This document shows positions 9,831 to 19,180 of a stretch of 64,000 bases of DNA, piece by piece. Source of the stretch: Alphaproteobacteria bacterium (lineage in GTDB: Bacteria; Pseudomonadota; Alphaproteobacteria; MPNO01); the NCBI GenBank assembly GCA_964291675.2, contig OZ219866.1:2912001-2976000 (forward strand). The letters are read 5' to 3'. A model generated the notes under the pieces. It was not told where the DNA came from, searched no databases, and saw only the letters and a program-made list of their open reading frames with translations. Position 1 is the stretch's first letter. Every line of letters starts with the position of its first letter. The translations under genes and the position numbers were made by a program.

Positions 9831-11821
9831 AACCCGAAGGGCGAGGTCCTGGCGTTGCCGCGGCAGAGCCGCCGGTAGCGCGCCAGCGCGAGGACCGGGA
9901 AATAGGCGCTGTAGCCGTGATACTTGAGATAGAACACGCGGGGAAACCCGACCGCGTTGTAATGGTCTTCCCGCCAGACCCCGTCCTCGCGCGGTGCGTC
10001 GAGCAGGAATTCGACGCCGCGCCGCGCCGCCCCGCCGCCGGCCTCGCCGGCCGCCATCAGGGCGAGCACCGCCCAGGCGGTCTGGGTCGGCGTCGAGACC
10101 TTGGCCTCGCCGCGCCGGTCGCTCCAATAGGTCGCGCCGTCCTCGCCCCAGCCGCCATCGGCGCGCTGCCGCGCTTCCAGCCAGCGCACCGCGCGCCGGA
10201 TATGGGGCGCGGCCGGATCCTCGCCGAGCGCGTTGAACGCGCTCAGGGCGCACCAGGTGCCGTAGACGTAGTTCATGCCCCAGCGCCCGTACCACGAGCC
10301 GTCCTCCTCCTGCTCGCGGAGCAGGAATTCGATGCCGCGCGCGACGCTCGCCTCGTCGCGCGCATGGCCGAGCTGGGCGAGCATGCCGACGCAGCGCGCG
10401 GTGACGTCCGCTGTCGGCGGGTCGAGCAGCGCGCCGTGATCGGCGAAGGGGATGCTGTCGAGATAGTGCTTGTTGTTGTCGACGTCGAAAGACCCCCAGC
10501 CGCCGTTGGAGCTCTGCATGCCGAGGATCCATTCCGCCCCGCGCTCCACCGCGCCGTTGGCGCCGGTCGACAGCGCGCGGTCGATCGCCATCACGACGAC
10601 CGCGGTGTCGTCGGTGTCGGGGTAGTGCTCGTTGCGGTACTCGAAGGCCCAGCCGCCGGGGACGAGTCCGGGACGGTTGCGGGCCCAGTCTCCCCGGACG
10701 TCGGTGATCTGCTCGCCGACCAGCCAGCCGGAGGCGCGCTTCGCGGCTTCCCGGTTGTCCTCGCCACCGGTCTCCATCAGGGCGTGCGCCGCGAGCGCGG
10801 TATCCCAGACCGGCGACAGGCAGGGCTGGCACAGCGTCTCTCCCCGCGTCGCCGCCAGGAGCTTCCTGATCGCGTTCAGGGAATCCCGGTAGCGCGGATC
10901 GTCTCTCGCGTAGCCCAGCGCGTGAAAGGTCATGACCGTGTTGGCCATCGCCGGGAAGATGCCGCCGATCCCGTGATCCCCGTTGAGCCGCTCGCCGATG
11001 AAGTCGAGCGCCCGCGACAATGCGCGGCGCCTGAGCGCGGACGGGCTGAAGGGCCGGAGCAGCCGCAGCGCGCGGTCGGCCGCGAGGAAGACGTTGTCGA
11101 GCACGGCTCCGGTGGGTCGCACCAGATGAGGGCAGCGCCGCCAGGGGTCTTCGTCGAACAGCTCCGCGATATCCGCATTGCCCGGGTTGGCCGCCCTCGG
11201 CCGGCGGTCGAGCAGCACCAGCAGTGGCACGATCACCGTGCGCGACCAGTAGGACACCTTGTCGAGGTGGATCGGAAACCAGCGTGGCAGCAGCATGATT
11301 TCGAGCGGCATGACCGGCACCGCTCGCCACGGAAGCTGGCCGAACAGGGCCAGCGTGATCCGCGTGAACACGTTGCATTGCGCCGCGCCGCCGCGCGCCA
11401 GGATGGCGTCGCGCGCCCGGCGCATATGCGGAGCCTCCGGGTCGTCGCCCACGCATTTGAGGGCGAAATAGGCCTTGACCGACGCGCTGACATCGGTGTC
11501 GCCCTCGTGGAACAGAGGCCAGCCGCCGTCCTCTCCCTGGCGGCGGCGGATGTAGTCCGCGAGCCGGGCCTCCAGCGGGGCGTCGATGTCGTCGATGAAA
11601 TGCTCAAGCAGGATGTATTCGGCCGGGATCGTCACATCGGCCTCGAGCGGGAAGACCCAGTGGCCGTCCGCCGTCTGTCTATCGCGGAGCGCTGCGCCGG
11701 CGGCTTCGATGACGCGGTCGAGCCGCATGTCCAGCCCCTCCGCCGGGTCCGGTGCGGGCCGGGCGAGGGGCACGCATGATGGGGTCTCGACGGCGACGCG
11801 TTCCCATGTGGAACCTTCCAC
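9827..11821 (-). CDS. shc: Squalene-hopene cyclase
   Basis: DTDDTA catalytic motif, QxxDGxW repeats, GFPRVFYLKYHGY; GTG at 11821 with GGAGGG RBS (alternative ATG at 11728). Confidence 0.95.
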   Translation of the reverse strand: MEGSTWERVAVETPSCVPLARPAPDPAEGLDMRLDRVIEAAGAALRDRQTADGHWVFPLEADVTIPAEYILLEHFIDDIDAPLEARLADYIRRRQGEDGGWPLFHEGDTDVSASVKAYFALKCVGDDPEAPHMRRARDAILARGGAAQCNVFTRITLALFGQLPWRAVPVMPLEIMLLPRWFPIHLDKVSYWSRTVIVPLLVLLDRRPRAANPGNADIAELFDEDPWRRCPHLVRPTGAVLDNVFLAADRALRLLRPFSPSALRRRALSRALDFIGERLNGDHGIGGIFPAMANTVMTFHALGYARDDPRYRDSLNAIRKLLAATRGETLCQPCLSPVWDTALAAHALMETGGEDNREAAKRASGWLVGEQITDVRGDWARNRPGLVPGGWAFEYRNEHYPDTDDTAVVVMAIDRALSTGANGAVERGAEWILGMQSSNGGWGSFDVDNNKHYLDSIPFADHGALLDPPTADVTARCVGMLAQLGHARDEASVARGIEFLLREQEEDGSWYGRWGMNYVYGTWCALSAFNALGEDPAAPHIRRAVRWLEARQRADGGWGEDGATYWSDRRGEAKVSTPTQTAWAVLALMAAGEAGGGAARRGVEFLLDAPREDGVWREDHYNAVGFPRVFYLKYHGYSAYFPVLALARYRRLCRGNARTSPFGL

Positions 11822-11922
11822 CGAGTTCCCTCCGATTGACGCCAACTCGCGGAACCGGTGACACAACCGGCCCGTTCGCAGACTAGTTGCGGCGCCCCGG
11901 TTTGTCCACGATCGCCCGAGTC

Positions 11923-12768
11923 TCAGGCGAACACGAAGTGGCGCAGCGCGATCAGGAGCTTTTCCGGCTTCGATATGCGGACCGGGACTTCGAGGCGGGT
12001 CCAGCCGCGCCGCTCCAGCGCCGCCAGCAGGCGCCGGTAGTGCGTCATCATCGCCACCCCGGGCCGCAGCGCGCGGCGGTCGCAGCCCGCCAGCGCGGAT
12101 TGCGCCTCGTCGAATTTTTGCTTGGCGATCTGCGCCAGCGCCGCGCAGACCTTCGGCAGCGCGGCGTGGCGCAGCACCTCGCGCGGCGCCGCGACCTCGA
12201 TTCCCGCCTCGTCCAGCAATTCGCGCGGCAGATAGAGCCGGCCGCGCTCGGCGTCCTCCACCATGTCGCGCAGGATATTGGTGAGCTGCAACGCCGTGCC
12301 GAGCGCCAGCGCGAACGCCTGGGCGCGCGGTCCGCCGTCCCCGAAGGCGCGGATCGACAGGAGCCCCACCGCGCCCGCCACCCGGTGGCAGTAGAGCTCC
12401 AGCTCCTCCAGGCGCGGCGCCTTCAGCCCGTCGCCCAGATCCATCTTCATGCCGTCGATCACCGCCAGAAAATCCTCGCGGCGCAGCCCGAAGCGGCGGC
12501 TCGGCTCGATCAGGGCGCGCGCGGTGAGATTTTCCGGCGTGCCGGCGTAGATCGCGTCGATCTCGTCGCGCCAGAGGTCGAGCCGGCGGCCCTTGTCGTC
12601 CGGCGACCCGGCATCGTCGGCGATGTCGTCGACCTCGCGGCAGAACGCGTAGATCGCGAACATCGCCTCGCGGCGGGCCGCCGGCAGCAGCCGCATCGCC
12701 CAGTAGAACGACGTGCCGGAGGCGACGGTCACGGCGCGGACATGCGCCTTCGCCTCGTCGTCCGCCAT
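11923..12768 (-). CDS. hpnD: Presqualene diphosphate synthase (squalene/phytoene synthase family)
   Basis: SGTSFYWAMRLLP, FCREVDDIAD, YCHRVAGAVG and LQLTNILRD..ED..RGRLYLP motifs; adjacent to shc. Confidence 0.88.
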   Translation of the reverse strand: MADDEAKAHVRAVTVASGTSFYWAMRLLPAARREAMFAIYAFCREVDDIADDAGSPDDKGRRLDLWRDEIDAIYAGTPENLTARALIEPSRRFGLRREDFLAVIDGMKMDLGDGLKAPRLEELELYCHRVAGAVGLLSIRAFGDGGPRAQAFALALGTALQLTNILRDMVEDAERGRLYLPRELLDEAGIEVAAPREVLRHAALPKVCAALAQIAKQKFDEAQSALAGCDRRALRPGVAMMTHYRRLLAALERRGWTRLEVPVRISKPEKLLIALRHFVFA

Positions 12769-13027
12769 GGACCCTCGCTCGGTTGCGGTCCACATAGAGC
12801 ACAACTATCGCGGCGCCGGGCGGCGCGCAATCGCTTAGCCCGCCAAGGCGGACTCCCCGGCGAAGATGCGAAGCCCGATATGCCGCCCGCGACGGCGGTA
12901 CACGCAACTGTGATTCGTGCCCGGGATTTTTCGCTTTTCATTGGCGGCGAGAGGGCGTAGAGGCCGCTCCTTCCCGCATCTGCCCGCGCGGCGAATTCGC
13001 CGGCGGGTCCGGCCGATCGGCAAAGCC

Positions 13028-13921
13028 ATGAGTCTCGATCTTCGTTCCGCCGAGTACCCGCTACATCCGCAACCGCTCTTGCAGCGCCTGCTGACCGATG
13101 TGTCGACGGAAACCCTGCCGGATGCCGGCCAGGTCGACAGGGTGTGCGCGCATGTGCCGGCGGGCGCGCGGGTCTTCGTCACCGCGCTGCCGTCGCGCGA
13201 CCGGGCCGACACGGTGGCCGCCGCGAAGACGCTGAATGCGCGGGGCTATGTTGCCGTCCCGCATATCGCGGCGCGGGACCTGCCGAGCCACGCCGCGCTC
13301 GAGGATTTCCTCTGCCGGCTGACCGGCGAGGCCGGCTGCCGGGAGGCTCTGGTGATCGCCGGCGACCGGCCGGAAATTGCCGGGCCGTATGCCGGGAGCA
13401 TGGACGTGCTGCTGACCGGCGCCCTGGAACGGCACGGCCTGCGCAGGATCCATGTCGGCGCCCATCCCGAGGGCAACCGCCTCATCGGCGCGGAGGCGTT
13501 GCGCGAGGCGATGCTCGGGAAGGACCGTTACGCCCGCTTCAGCGACGCCGATTTCGATTTCGTGACCCAGTTCGTGTTCGACGGCGCGACGGTCGTCGAT
13601 TGGGCGCGAAGCCTGCGCGGCCTGGGCATCGGCCTTCCGGTGCGCCTCGGCATTGCCGGCCCCGCCGACCTGGCGACCCTCCTGCGCTATGCGAAAATCT
13701 GCGGCGTCGGCGTCTCGGCCCGCGCCCTGATGCGCCAGGGCGCCGGCAGCGTGAAGCTGATCCGCCGCACCGTGAAGCCGGACGGGCTGATCGCCGGCCT
13801 GGTCGCCGCGGCGGGGAACGATCCGTTGCCCGAAATCGTCGGCCTGCACATCTTCCCTTTCGGCGGCGTCGGGCGCGCGACGGCGTGGCTGGCGGAGGCC
13901 CGCAAGGCGGCGGGCCTGTAA
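13028..13921 (+). CDS. Methylenetetrahydrofolate reductase-like protein (MetF family)
   Basis: AVPHIAAR, IAGD, GAHPEG, VTQFVFD, GIAGPA and HIFPFGG motifs. Confidence 0.8.
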   Translation: MSLDLRSAEYPLHPQPLLQRLLTDVSTETLPDAGQVDRVCAHVPAGARVFVTALPSRDRADTVAAAKTLNARGYVAVPHIAARDLPSHAALEDFLCRLTGEAGCREALVIAGDRPEIAGPYAGSMDVLLTGALERHGLRRIHVGAHPEGNRLIGAEALREAMLGKDRYARFSDADFDFVTQFVFDGATVVDWARSLRGLGIGLPVRLGIAGPADLATLLRYAKICGVGVSARALMRQGAGSVKLIRRTVKPDGLIAGLVAAAGNDPLPEIVGLHIFPFGGVGRATAWLAEARKAAGL

Positions 13922-14012
13922 ACCGCCCGGTTCCGGAAAGGACCGCCGCGGCGCGTGGGCGGGAGACCGGCACGACACAAACCCCGATGCGTCGCCGAGG
14001 CGGCGTCCGGCA

Positions 14013-14049
14013 TTGACCGGATTTCCCGCACGTCCTACCGTGAATCCGG
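14013..14049 (+). promoter_or_regulatory. Putative sigma70 promoter with an overlapping inverted repeat (candidate operator) for the Rieske operon
   Basis: TTGACC(14013)-N17-TACCGT(14036); CCGGATT (14017-14023) and AATCCGG (14043-14049) form an inverted repeat. Confidence 0.5.
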
Positions 14050-14093
14050 GAAACAGCGTCCGCTACCGGTCGTATTGTCGGAGGGGTCCGACC

Positions 14094-14327
14094 TTGCCCT
14101 TGCCTTTCGAGGAGCCCGGAAATATCCGGCACCAGACCCAGGTCGACGCGCCGCCGAGCGCGTTCGCCGAGGCCCTCGCAGACCGTCTGGAGGAGATCTT
14201 CGGCCGCGGCATCCACGATCTCGACGGGATCGTCGATGCGCTGAACGCCGACGGTCCCGCCCCCGAGGGCGCGGAGCGGTGGACCGCGGAAGTCTTCGAG
14301 GCGGCGATGATGCGCCTCGGCCCCTGA
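14094..14327 (+). CDS. Small recombinase-like HTH domain protein preceding the Rieske oxygenase
   Basis: TTG start after GGAGGG; LADRLEEIFGRGIHDLDGIVDALN..G..P.G..WT pattern; 9 nt from the Rieske gene. Confidence 0.7.
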   Translation: MPLPFEEPGNIRHQTQVDAPPSAFAEALADRLEEIFGRGIHDLDGIVDALNADGPAPEGAERWTAEVFEAAMMRLGP

Positions 14328-14336
14328 CGGAGCAGG

Positions 14337-15395
14337 ATGGAGACGGAGATGTCCGCACACGAGAGCGCCGCCGATGTCGAATCCCTGACCGATCTCGGGG
14401 TGCGCAACCGCTGGTACCCGATCGCCGCCGGCTGGATGATCCGCGACAAGCCGGTCGCGCTGACGCGTCTCGGCGAGCGGATCGTCGTCTGGCGCGACGC
14501 GGAAGGCGGGGTCCGGGTGCTCGCCGACCGCTGCCCGCATCGCGGCGCCGAGCTCTCCAAGGGCTGGAATCTCGGCGACCGGCTGGCCTGCTGGTATCAC
14601 GGGCTGGAGGTCGACGGCACCGGCACGGTGGTCGCCATGCCGGCGATCGGCGACTGCCCGCTGGTCGGCACGCGGGCGGTCAGGGCCTATCCGGCGTTCG
14701 AGCACATGGGCGGCATCTTCGCCTATTTCGGCGATGCGCTGCATCCCGAGCCGGTGCCCTTCGAGTACCCCGAGGAGCTGCGCTCGGAGGAGTGGAGCGC
14801 GATCCTCTGCACCTCGCACTGGCGCTGCAACTACCGCTACGCCATCGACAACGTGATGGACCCGATGCACGGCGCCTATCTGCACGCCGAATCGCATTCC
14901 ATGGGGCGCGGCGACAAGGATGCGAGGATGCGCACCCGCGACACCGAGCACGGGCTGGTGTTCGAGAAGACCAACCAGCGCGGGGTCAATTTCGACTGGG
15001 TCGAGTTCGCCGACACCGGCGCCCACTGGATGCGGCTCTCCATCCCCTATCAGCGCAACGCCGGTCCCGGCGGCGCGTTCGGCATCGTCGGCTTCGTCAC
15101 CCCGATCGACCGCGAGAACTGCCGCGTCTTCTTCTGGCGCACCCGGAAGGTGACGGGCTGGGAGCGGTCGGTCTGGCGGTTCATGTACAAGCACAAGCTG
15201 GAAACCCTCCACTGGGACGTGCTGGAGCAGGACCGCATCCTGCTGGAAGGCATGCCGAACGACGCGCGCGACCGCGAGTTCCTCTACCAGCACGACACCG
15301 GGCTCGCGCGCATCCGGCGGCTGATCGAGGACGAGGCCGGACGCCAGGCCGCGGCGCTCCGCGCGGGCGAAGCGCCCGCCGCGGCGGCCGAGTAG
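14337..15395 (+). CDS. Rieske non-heme iron oxygenase alpha subunit
   Basis: CPHR...CWYHG Rieske ligands; DNVMDPMHGAYLH mononuclear Fe motif; EQD. Confidence 0.93.
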   Translation: METEMSAHESAADVESLTDLGVRNRWYPIAAGWMIRDKPVALTRLGERIVVWRDAEGGVRVLADRCPHRGAELSKGWNLGDRLACWYHGLEVDGTGTVVAMPAIGDCPLVGTRAVRAYPAFEHMGGIFAYFGDALHPEPVPFEYPEELRSEEWSAILCTSHWRCNYRYAIDNVMDPMHGAYLHAESHSMGRGDKDARMRTRDTEHGLVFEKTNQRGVNFDWVEFADTGAHWMRLSIPYQRNAGPGGAFGIVGFVTPIDRENCRVFFWRTRKVTGWERSVWRFMYKHKLETLHWDVLEQDRILLEGMPNDARDREFLYQHDTGLARIRRLIEDEAGRQAAALRAGEAPAAAAE

Positions 15396-15407
15396 GAGGA
15401 CCCGACC

Positions 15408-15896
15408 ATGCGCAGCCTCGCCGACTGGATGGAGACCCGGATCGCGCGTTACCGGACCCGGCGCTACGACTGGGACGCGCTCAAGTTCCAGGCCGATTTC
15501 GACCCCAAATACCGGCGCGCGCAGATGCGCTATCTCGGCACCGGCGGGACCGGGGTGACGGACGACTCGAACGCCGTGCCGTCCGAGCATTTCACCTTCT
15601 CGACCATGGTGCTGCCGCCCGGCTGCGAGGGTCCGCCGCACGTCCATGACGACGTGGAGGAGGTGTTCTTCATGCTGCGCGGGCGGATCCGTCTCACCCT
15701 GGAGAGCGACGGCGAGAGCTTCGAGACCGAGCTCGGCGAGCGCGACCTGATCTCGGTGCCGCCCGGGGTCTATCGCGGGCTGGTCAACGAGGGCGAGGAG
15801 GAGGCGCTGATGTGCGTGATGCTGGGCGCATCCCGGCCGCGCATCCCGACCTACCCGCCCGACCATCCCCTCGCCAAGATCAAGCGCAAGGCGTGA
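15408..15896 (+). CDS. Cupin domain protein
   Basis: PPHVHDDVEEVFFMLRG and DLISVPPGVYRG cupin motifs; AGGAGG RBS. Confidence 0.88.
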   Translation: MRSLADWMETRIARYRTRRYDWDALKFQADFDPKYRRAQMRYLGTGGTGVTDDSNAVPSEHFTFSTMVLPPGCEGPPHVHDDVEEVFFMLRGRIRLTLESDGESFETELGERDLISVPPGVYRGLVNEGEEEALMCVMLGASRPRIPTYPPDHPLAKIKRKA

Positions 15897-16702
15897 GCCT
15901 TCCGCCGCTCGAAACCGTCCGGGCGAACGGTCGCGCGATCGCCTGCCGCGCGGCCGGCGACGGGCCGGCTCTTGTCCTGCTGCACGGAATCGGCTCGGGC
16001 TCGGCCTCCTGGGCGCCCCAGCTCGACGCGCTGGCCGACCGCTTCCGCATCGTCGCCTGGGACGCGCCGGGCTATGGCGGCTCGGACCCGCTGCCCGGGG
16101 ACGCCCCGCCGTGCGCCGCCTATGCCGACGCCGTGGGCGACCTGCTCGACGGGCTCGGGCTCGCGCGGGTCCATCTGCTCGGCCATTCGCTCGGCGGGCT
16201 GATCGCGGCGTGTTTCGCCGCCCGGCACCCCGGGCGGCTCGGGAGCGTCACCCTGTCCGACGCCGCTGCGGGCTATCGGAACGCGTCCGAGGAGATCCGC
16301 GTCGGCCGGCTGGAGGCGCGGATCGAGGCGATGACGGCGCTCGGCCCGGCGGAGGTCGCCAGGCGGCGCGCCCGCGAGGTGCTGTCGCCCGGCGCGCCCG
16401 ACGAGGTCTACGAGAAGGTCTACGCGGTGCAGAGCCGGGTGCGGCCCGAAGGCTACGCCCAGGCCGCCCGCATGCTGCACGGCTCGGACATCTTCGCCGA
16501 CGCCGCGGCGATCCGGGTGCCGGCGCTGGTGATGTATGGCAGCGAGGACAGCGTAACCCCCGAGGCGATCGGCCGCGACATCGCCGCCGCCATTCCCGGC
16601 GCGCGCTACGTCACGCTGCCCGGGCTCGGCCATGCGAGCTATGTCGAGGGGCCGGGGACGTTCAACGCCGCGCTCACCCGGTTCCTGGACGGCCTGGAAT
16701 GA
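15893..16702 (+). CDS. Alpha/beta fold hydrolase
   Basis: LLHGIGS, WDAPGYGGS, GHSLGG, GSED and GHASY motifs; GTGA overlap with the cupin gene. Confidence 0.9.
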   Translation: MSLPPLETVRANGRAIACRAAGDGPALVLLHGIGSGSASWAPQLDALADRFRIVAWDAPGYGGSDPLPGDAPPCAAYADAVGDLLDGLGLARVHLLGHSLGGLIAACFAARHPGRLGSVTLSDAAAGYRNASEEIRVGRLEARIEAMTALGPAEVARRRAREVLSPGAPDEVYEKVYAVQSRVRPEGYAQAARMLHGSDIFADAAAIRVPALVMYGSEDSVTPEAIGRDIAAAIPGARYVTLPGLGHASYVEGPGTFNAALTRFLDGLE

Positions 16703-16745
16703 GCGGCGGACGCCTGCCGTCCCCGCAAGCGGCGGAATAGCGGCG

Positions 16746-17540
16746 GTGGACCTGAAACTGTCCGGCAAGGTGGCGGTGGTCACCGGGGGCTCGTCGGGGA
16801 TCGGCCTCGCCTGCGCGCGGATGTTCCTCGAAGAGGGCGCGAGCGTCGCCATCTGCGGCCGGTCGGCGGAACGGCTGTCCGGGGCCGAGCGGCAGCTTGC
16901 CGGCGCGCATGGCGCGGACCGCGTGCTGGCGGCGGCCTGCGACGTGCTCGACCCCGGCCGGGTGGCGGAATTCCGCGACCGCGTGGCGGAGCGCTTCGGC
17001 CGCGCCGACATCCTGATCGCCAATGCCGGCCAGGCGCGGCGCGGCGGGATCGCCGACCTCGCCGACGACGAATGGCGCGCCGAGCTCGACCTGAAGTTCT
17101 TCTCCGTGCTGCACCCCGTGCGCGCCTTCCTGAAGCTGCTCGAAGACGCCGCGCCGTCGGCCATCGTCTGCACCAACGCCCTGCTCGCGAGGCGCCCCGA
17201 GCCGTGGCTTGCCGCCACCGCCGCCGCGCGCGCGGGCGCGCTCAACCTCGCCAAGACGATGAGCCGGGACTTCGCACCCAAGGGGATCCGCGTCAACTCC
17301 ATCCTGATCGGGCTGGTCGATTCGGGACAGTGGAACCGCCGCCATGAACAGGGCGAGGGCGGCGGCAAGAGCAAGCAGGCGTGGTTCGCCGAGCTCGCCC
17401 ATGAGCGGGGGATCCCGCTTGGGCGCATCGGCGAGGCCGACGAGGCGGCCCGCGTCATGGTCTTCCTCGCCTCGCCGGCGGCGAGCTACCTGACCGGGGA
17501 GACCGTCGAGGTCGCGGGCGGGCAGGGGCACCATGTCTGA
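16746..17540 (+). CDS. SDR-family oxidoreductase (atypical active site)
   Basis: TGGSSGIG, ANAG, GIRVNSI and ASYLTG; canonical YxxxK replaced by ATAAAR. Confidence 0.87.
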   Translation: MDLKLSGKVAVVTGGSSGIGLACARMFLEEGASVAICGRSAERLSGAERQLAGAHGADRVLAAACDVLDPGRVAEFRDRVAERFGRADILIANAGQARRGGIADLADDEWRAELDLKFFSVLHPVRAFLKLLEDAAPSAIVCTNALLARRPEPWLAATAAARAGALNLAKTMSRDFAPKGIRVNSILIGLVDSGQWNRRHEQGEGGGKSKQAWFAELAHERGIPLGRIGEADEAARVMVFLASPAASYLTGETVEVAGGQGHHV

Positions 17541-19176
17541 GATCCCGGCGGGCGAGGCGGTCGCGGCCTTCCTCGAATCCGCCGGGGTGGAGACCGCCTT
17601 CGGCGTGATCTCGATCCACAACATGCCGATGCTGGACGCGATCGGGCGGCGCAACCGCATCCGCTTCGTGCCGGCGCGGGGCGAGGCGGGCGCGGTCAAC
17701 ATGGCCGACGCCAATGCCCGCGTCTCCGGCCGGCTCGGCGTCGCCTTCACCAGCACCGGGACCGGCGCCGGCAATGCCTGCGGCGCCCTGGTCGAGGCGC
17801 AGACCGCGGGCACCCCGCTGCTCCATCTGACGGGTCAGATCGAGACCGCCTATCTCGACCAGGACCGCGGCTATATCCACGAGGCGCGCGACCAGCTCAC
17901 CATGCTGCGCGGCGCCTCCAAGGCGGCGCTCCGGGTGCGTTGCGCGGCCGACCTGCCGGGCGCGCTGCGCGAGGCGGCGCGCATCGCCCGCAGCGCGCCC
18001 GGCGGGCCGGTCAGCGTCGAGATCCCGGTCGACATCCAGGAAGCGTCGCTGGCGCGGCCGTCCTCGCTCGCCCCGCTCGCGCCCGACCGGCCGGAGCCCG
18101 ACGCGGCGGCGCTCGACGAGCTCGCCGATGCGCTGGCGGCGGCGCGCCGGCCGATGCTCTGGCTCGGCGGCGGCGCGGCCGGGGCGGCGTCGGAGGCGCG
18201 CGCGCTCGCCGCTCTCGGCTTCGGCGTGGTCACCAGCATCCACGGCCGCGGCACGGTCCCGGAGGGCGATCGCATGTCGCTCGGGGCGTACAACTTCCAG
18301 CCCCCGGTCGAGGCGTTCTACGCGGGCTGCGACGCGATGCTGGTGGTGGGCTCCCGGCTGCGCGGCAACGAGACGCTCAAATACCGGCTCGCTTTGCCGC
18401 GCCCGCTCTATCGCATCGACGCCGATCCCAGGGCGGACGGGCGTTCCTACGCCAACGACATCTTCGTCTGCGGCGACGCGGCCAGGGCGATGGCCGGGCT
18501 CGCCGAACGGCTGCGCGGGCGCATGGCCGTCGATCCGGCGCTGGGCGCGGATCTCGCCGCCGCGCGGCACGCCGCCGAGACCGCGCTGCGCGAGACCCTC
18601 GGCCCCTATGAGCGGTTGATGGACGATCTGCAGGCCGCCGTGCCCGACGATCTGGTCTGGGTGCGCGACATCACGCTGTCCAACAGCGCGTGGGGCAACC
18701 GCGCGCCCCGCCTTTCCGGGCCGCGCCGCGGGGTCCATGCGCTCGGCGGCGGCATCGGCCAGGGGCTGCCCATGGCGATCGGCGCCGCGCTCGCCGCGCC
18801 CGCTCGCAAGACGGTGGCGCTGGTCGGCGATGGCGGGCTCGCGCTCTCGCTCGGCGAGATTTCGACGCTCGTGCAGGAGCGCGCCCATGTCGCGCTGATC
18901 GCGATGAACGACCGCGGCTACGGCGTGATCCGCAACATCCAGGACCGCGGCTATGGCGGTCGGCACCTCTATACCGACCTCGCGTTGCCCGACCTCGCGG
19001 CGCTCGCCGGCGGGCTCGGCCTGCCGTTCCGGCGCGTGGGCGAGGTCGCCGCCATGCGCGCGGCGCTCGACTGGGCGATCGCCGCCGACGGCCCCGCGAT
19101 GGTGGAGATCGACATGACCGCGATCGGCCCGTTCGCGATACCCTTCGCCGGACCGCCGGTGCGCCGCAAGGATTAG
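17533..19176 (+). CDS. Thiamine diphosphate-binding enzyme (acetolactate synthase-like superfamily)
   Basis: FGVISIHN, RGEAGAVNMAD, STGTGAGN, and GDGG...MNDRGYG ThDP motif. Confidence 0.92.
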   Translation: MSEIPAGEAVAAFLESAGVETAFGVISIHNMPMLDAIGRRNRIRFVPARGEAGAVNMADANARVSGRLGVAFTSTGTGAGNACGALVEAQTAGTPLLHLTGQIETAYLDQDRGYIHEARDQLTMLRGASKAALRVRCAADLPGALREAARIARSAPGGPVSVEIPVDIQEASLARPSSLAPLAPDRPEPDAAALDELADALAAARRPMLWLGGGAAGAASEARALAALGFGVVTSIHGRGTVPEGDRMSLGAYNFQPPVEAFYAGCDAMLVVGSRLRGNETLKYRLALPRPLYRIDADPRADGRSYANDIFVCGDAARAMAGLAERLRGRMAVDPALGADLAAARHAAETALRETLGPYERLMDDLQAAVPDDLVWVRDITLSNSAWGNRAPRLSGPRRGVHALGGGIGQGLPMAIGAALAAPARKTVALVGDGGLALSLGEISTLVQERAHVALIAMNDRGYGVIRNIQDRGYGGRHLYTDLALPDLAALAGGLGLPFRRVGEVAAMRAALDWAIAADGPAMVEIDMTAIGPFAIPFAGPPVRRKD

Positions 19177-19180
19177 GCCC

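Noticed and set aside
9827-12907. 1026-aa ORF suggesting an HpnD-SHC fusion
   Set aside because: HpnD is in a different frame with its own stop at 11923; the N-terminal extension is Arg/Gly-rich off-frame sequence, and shc has its own RBS and start.
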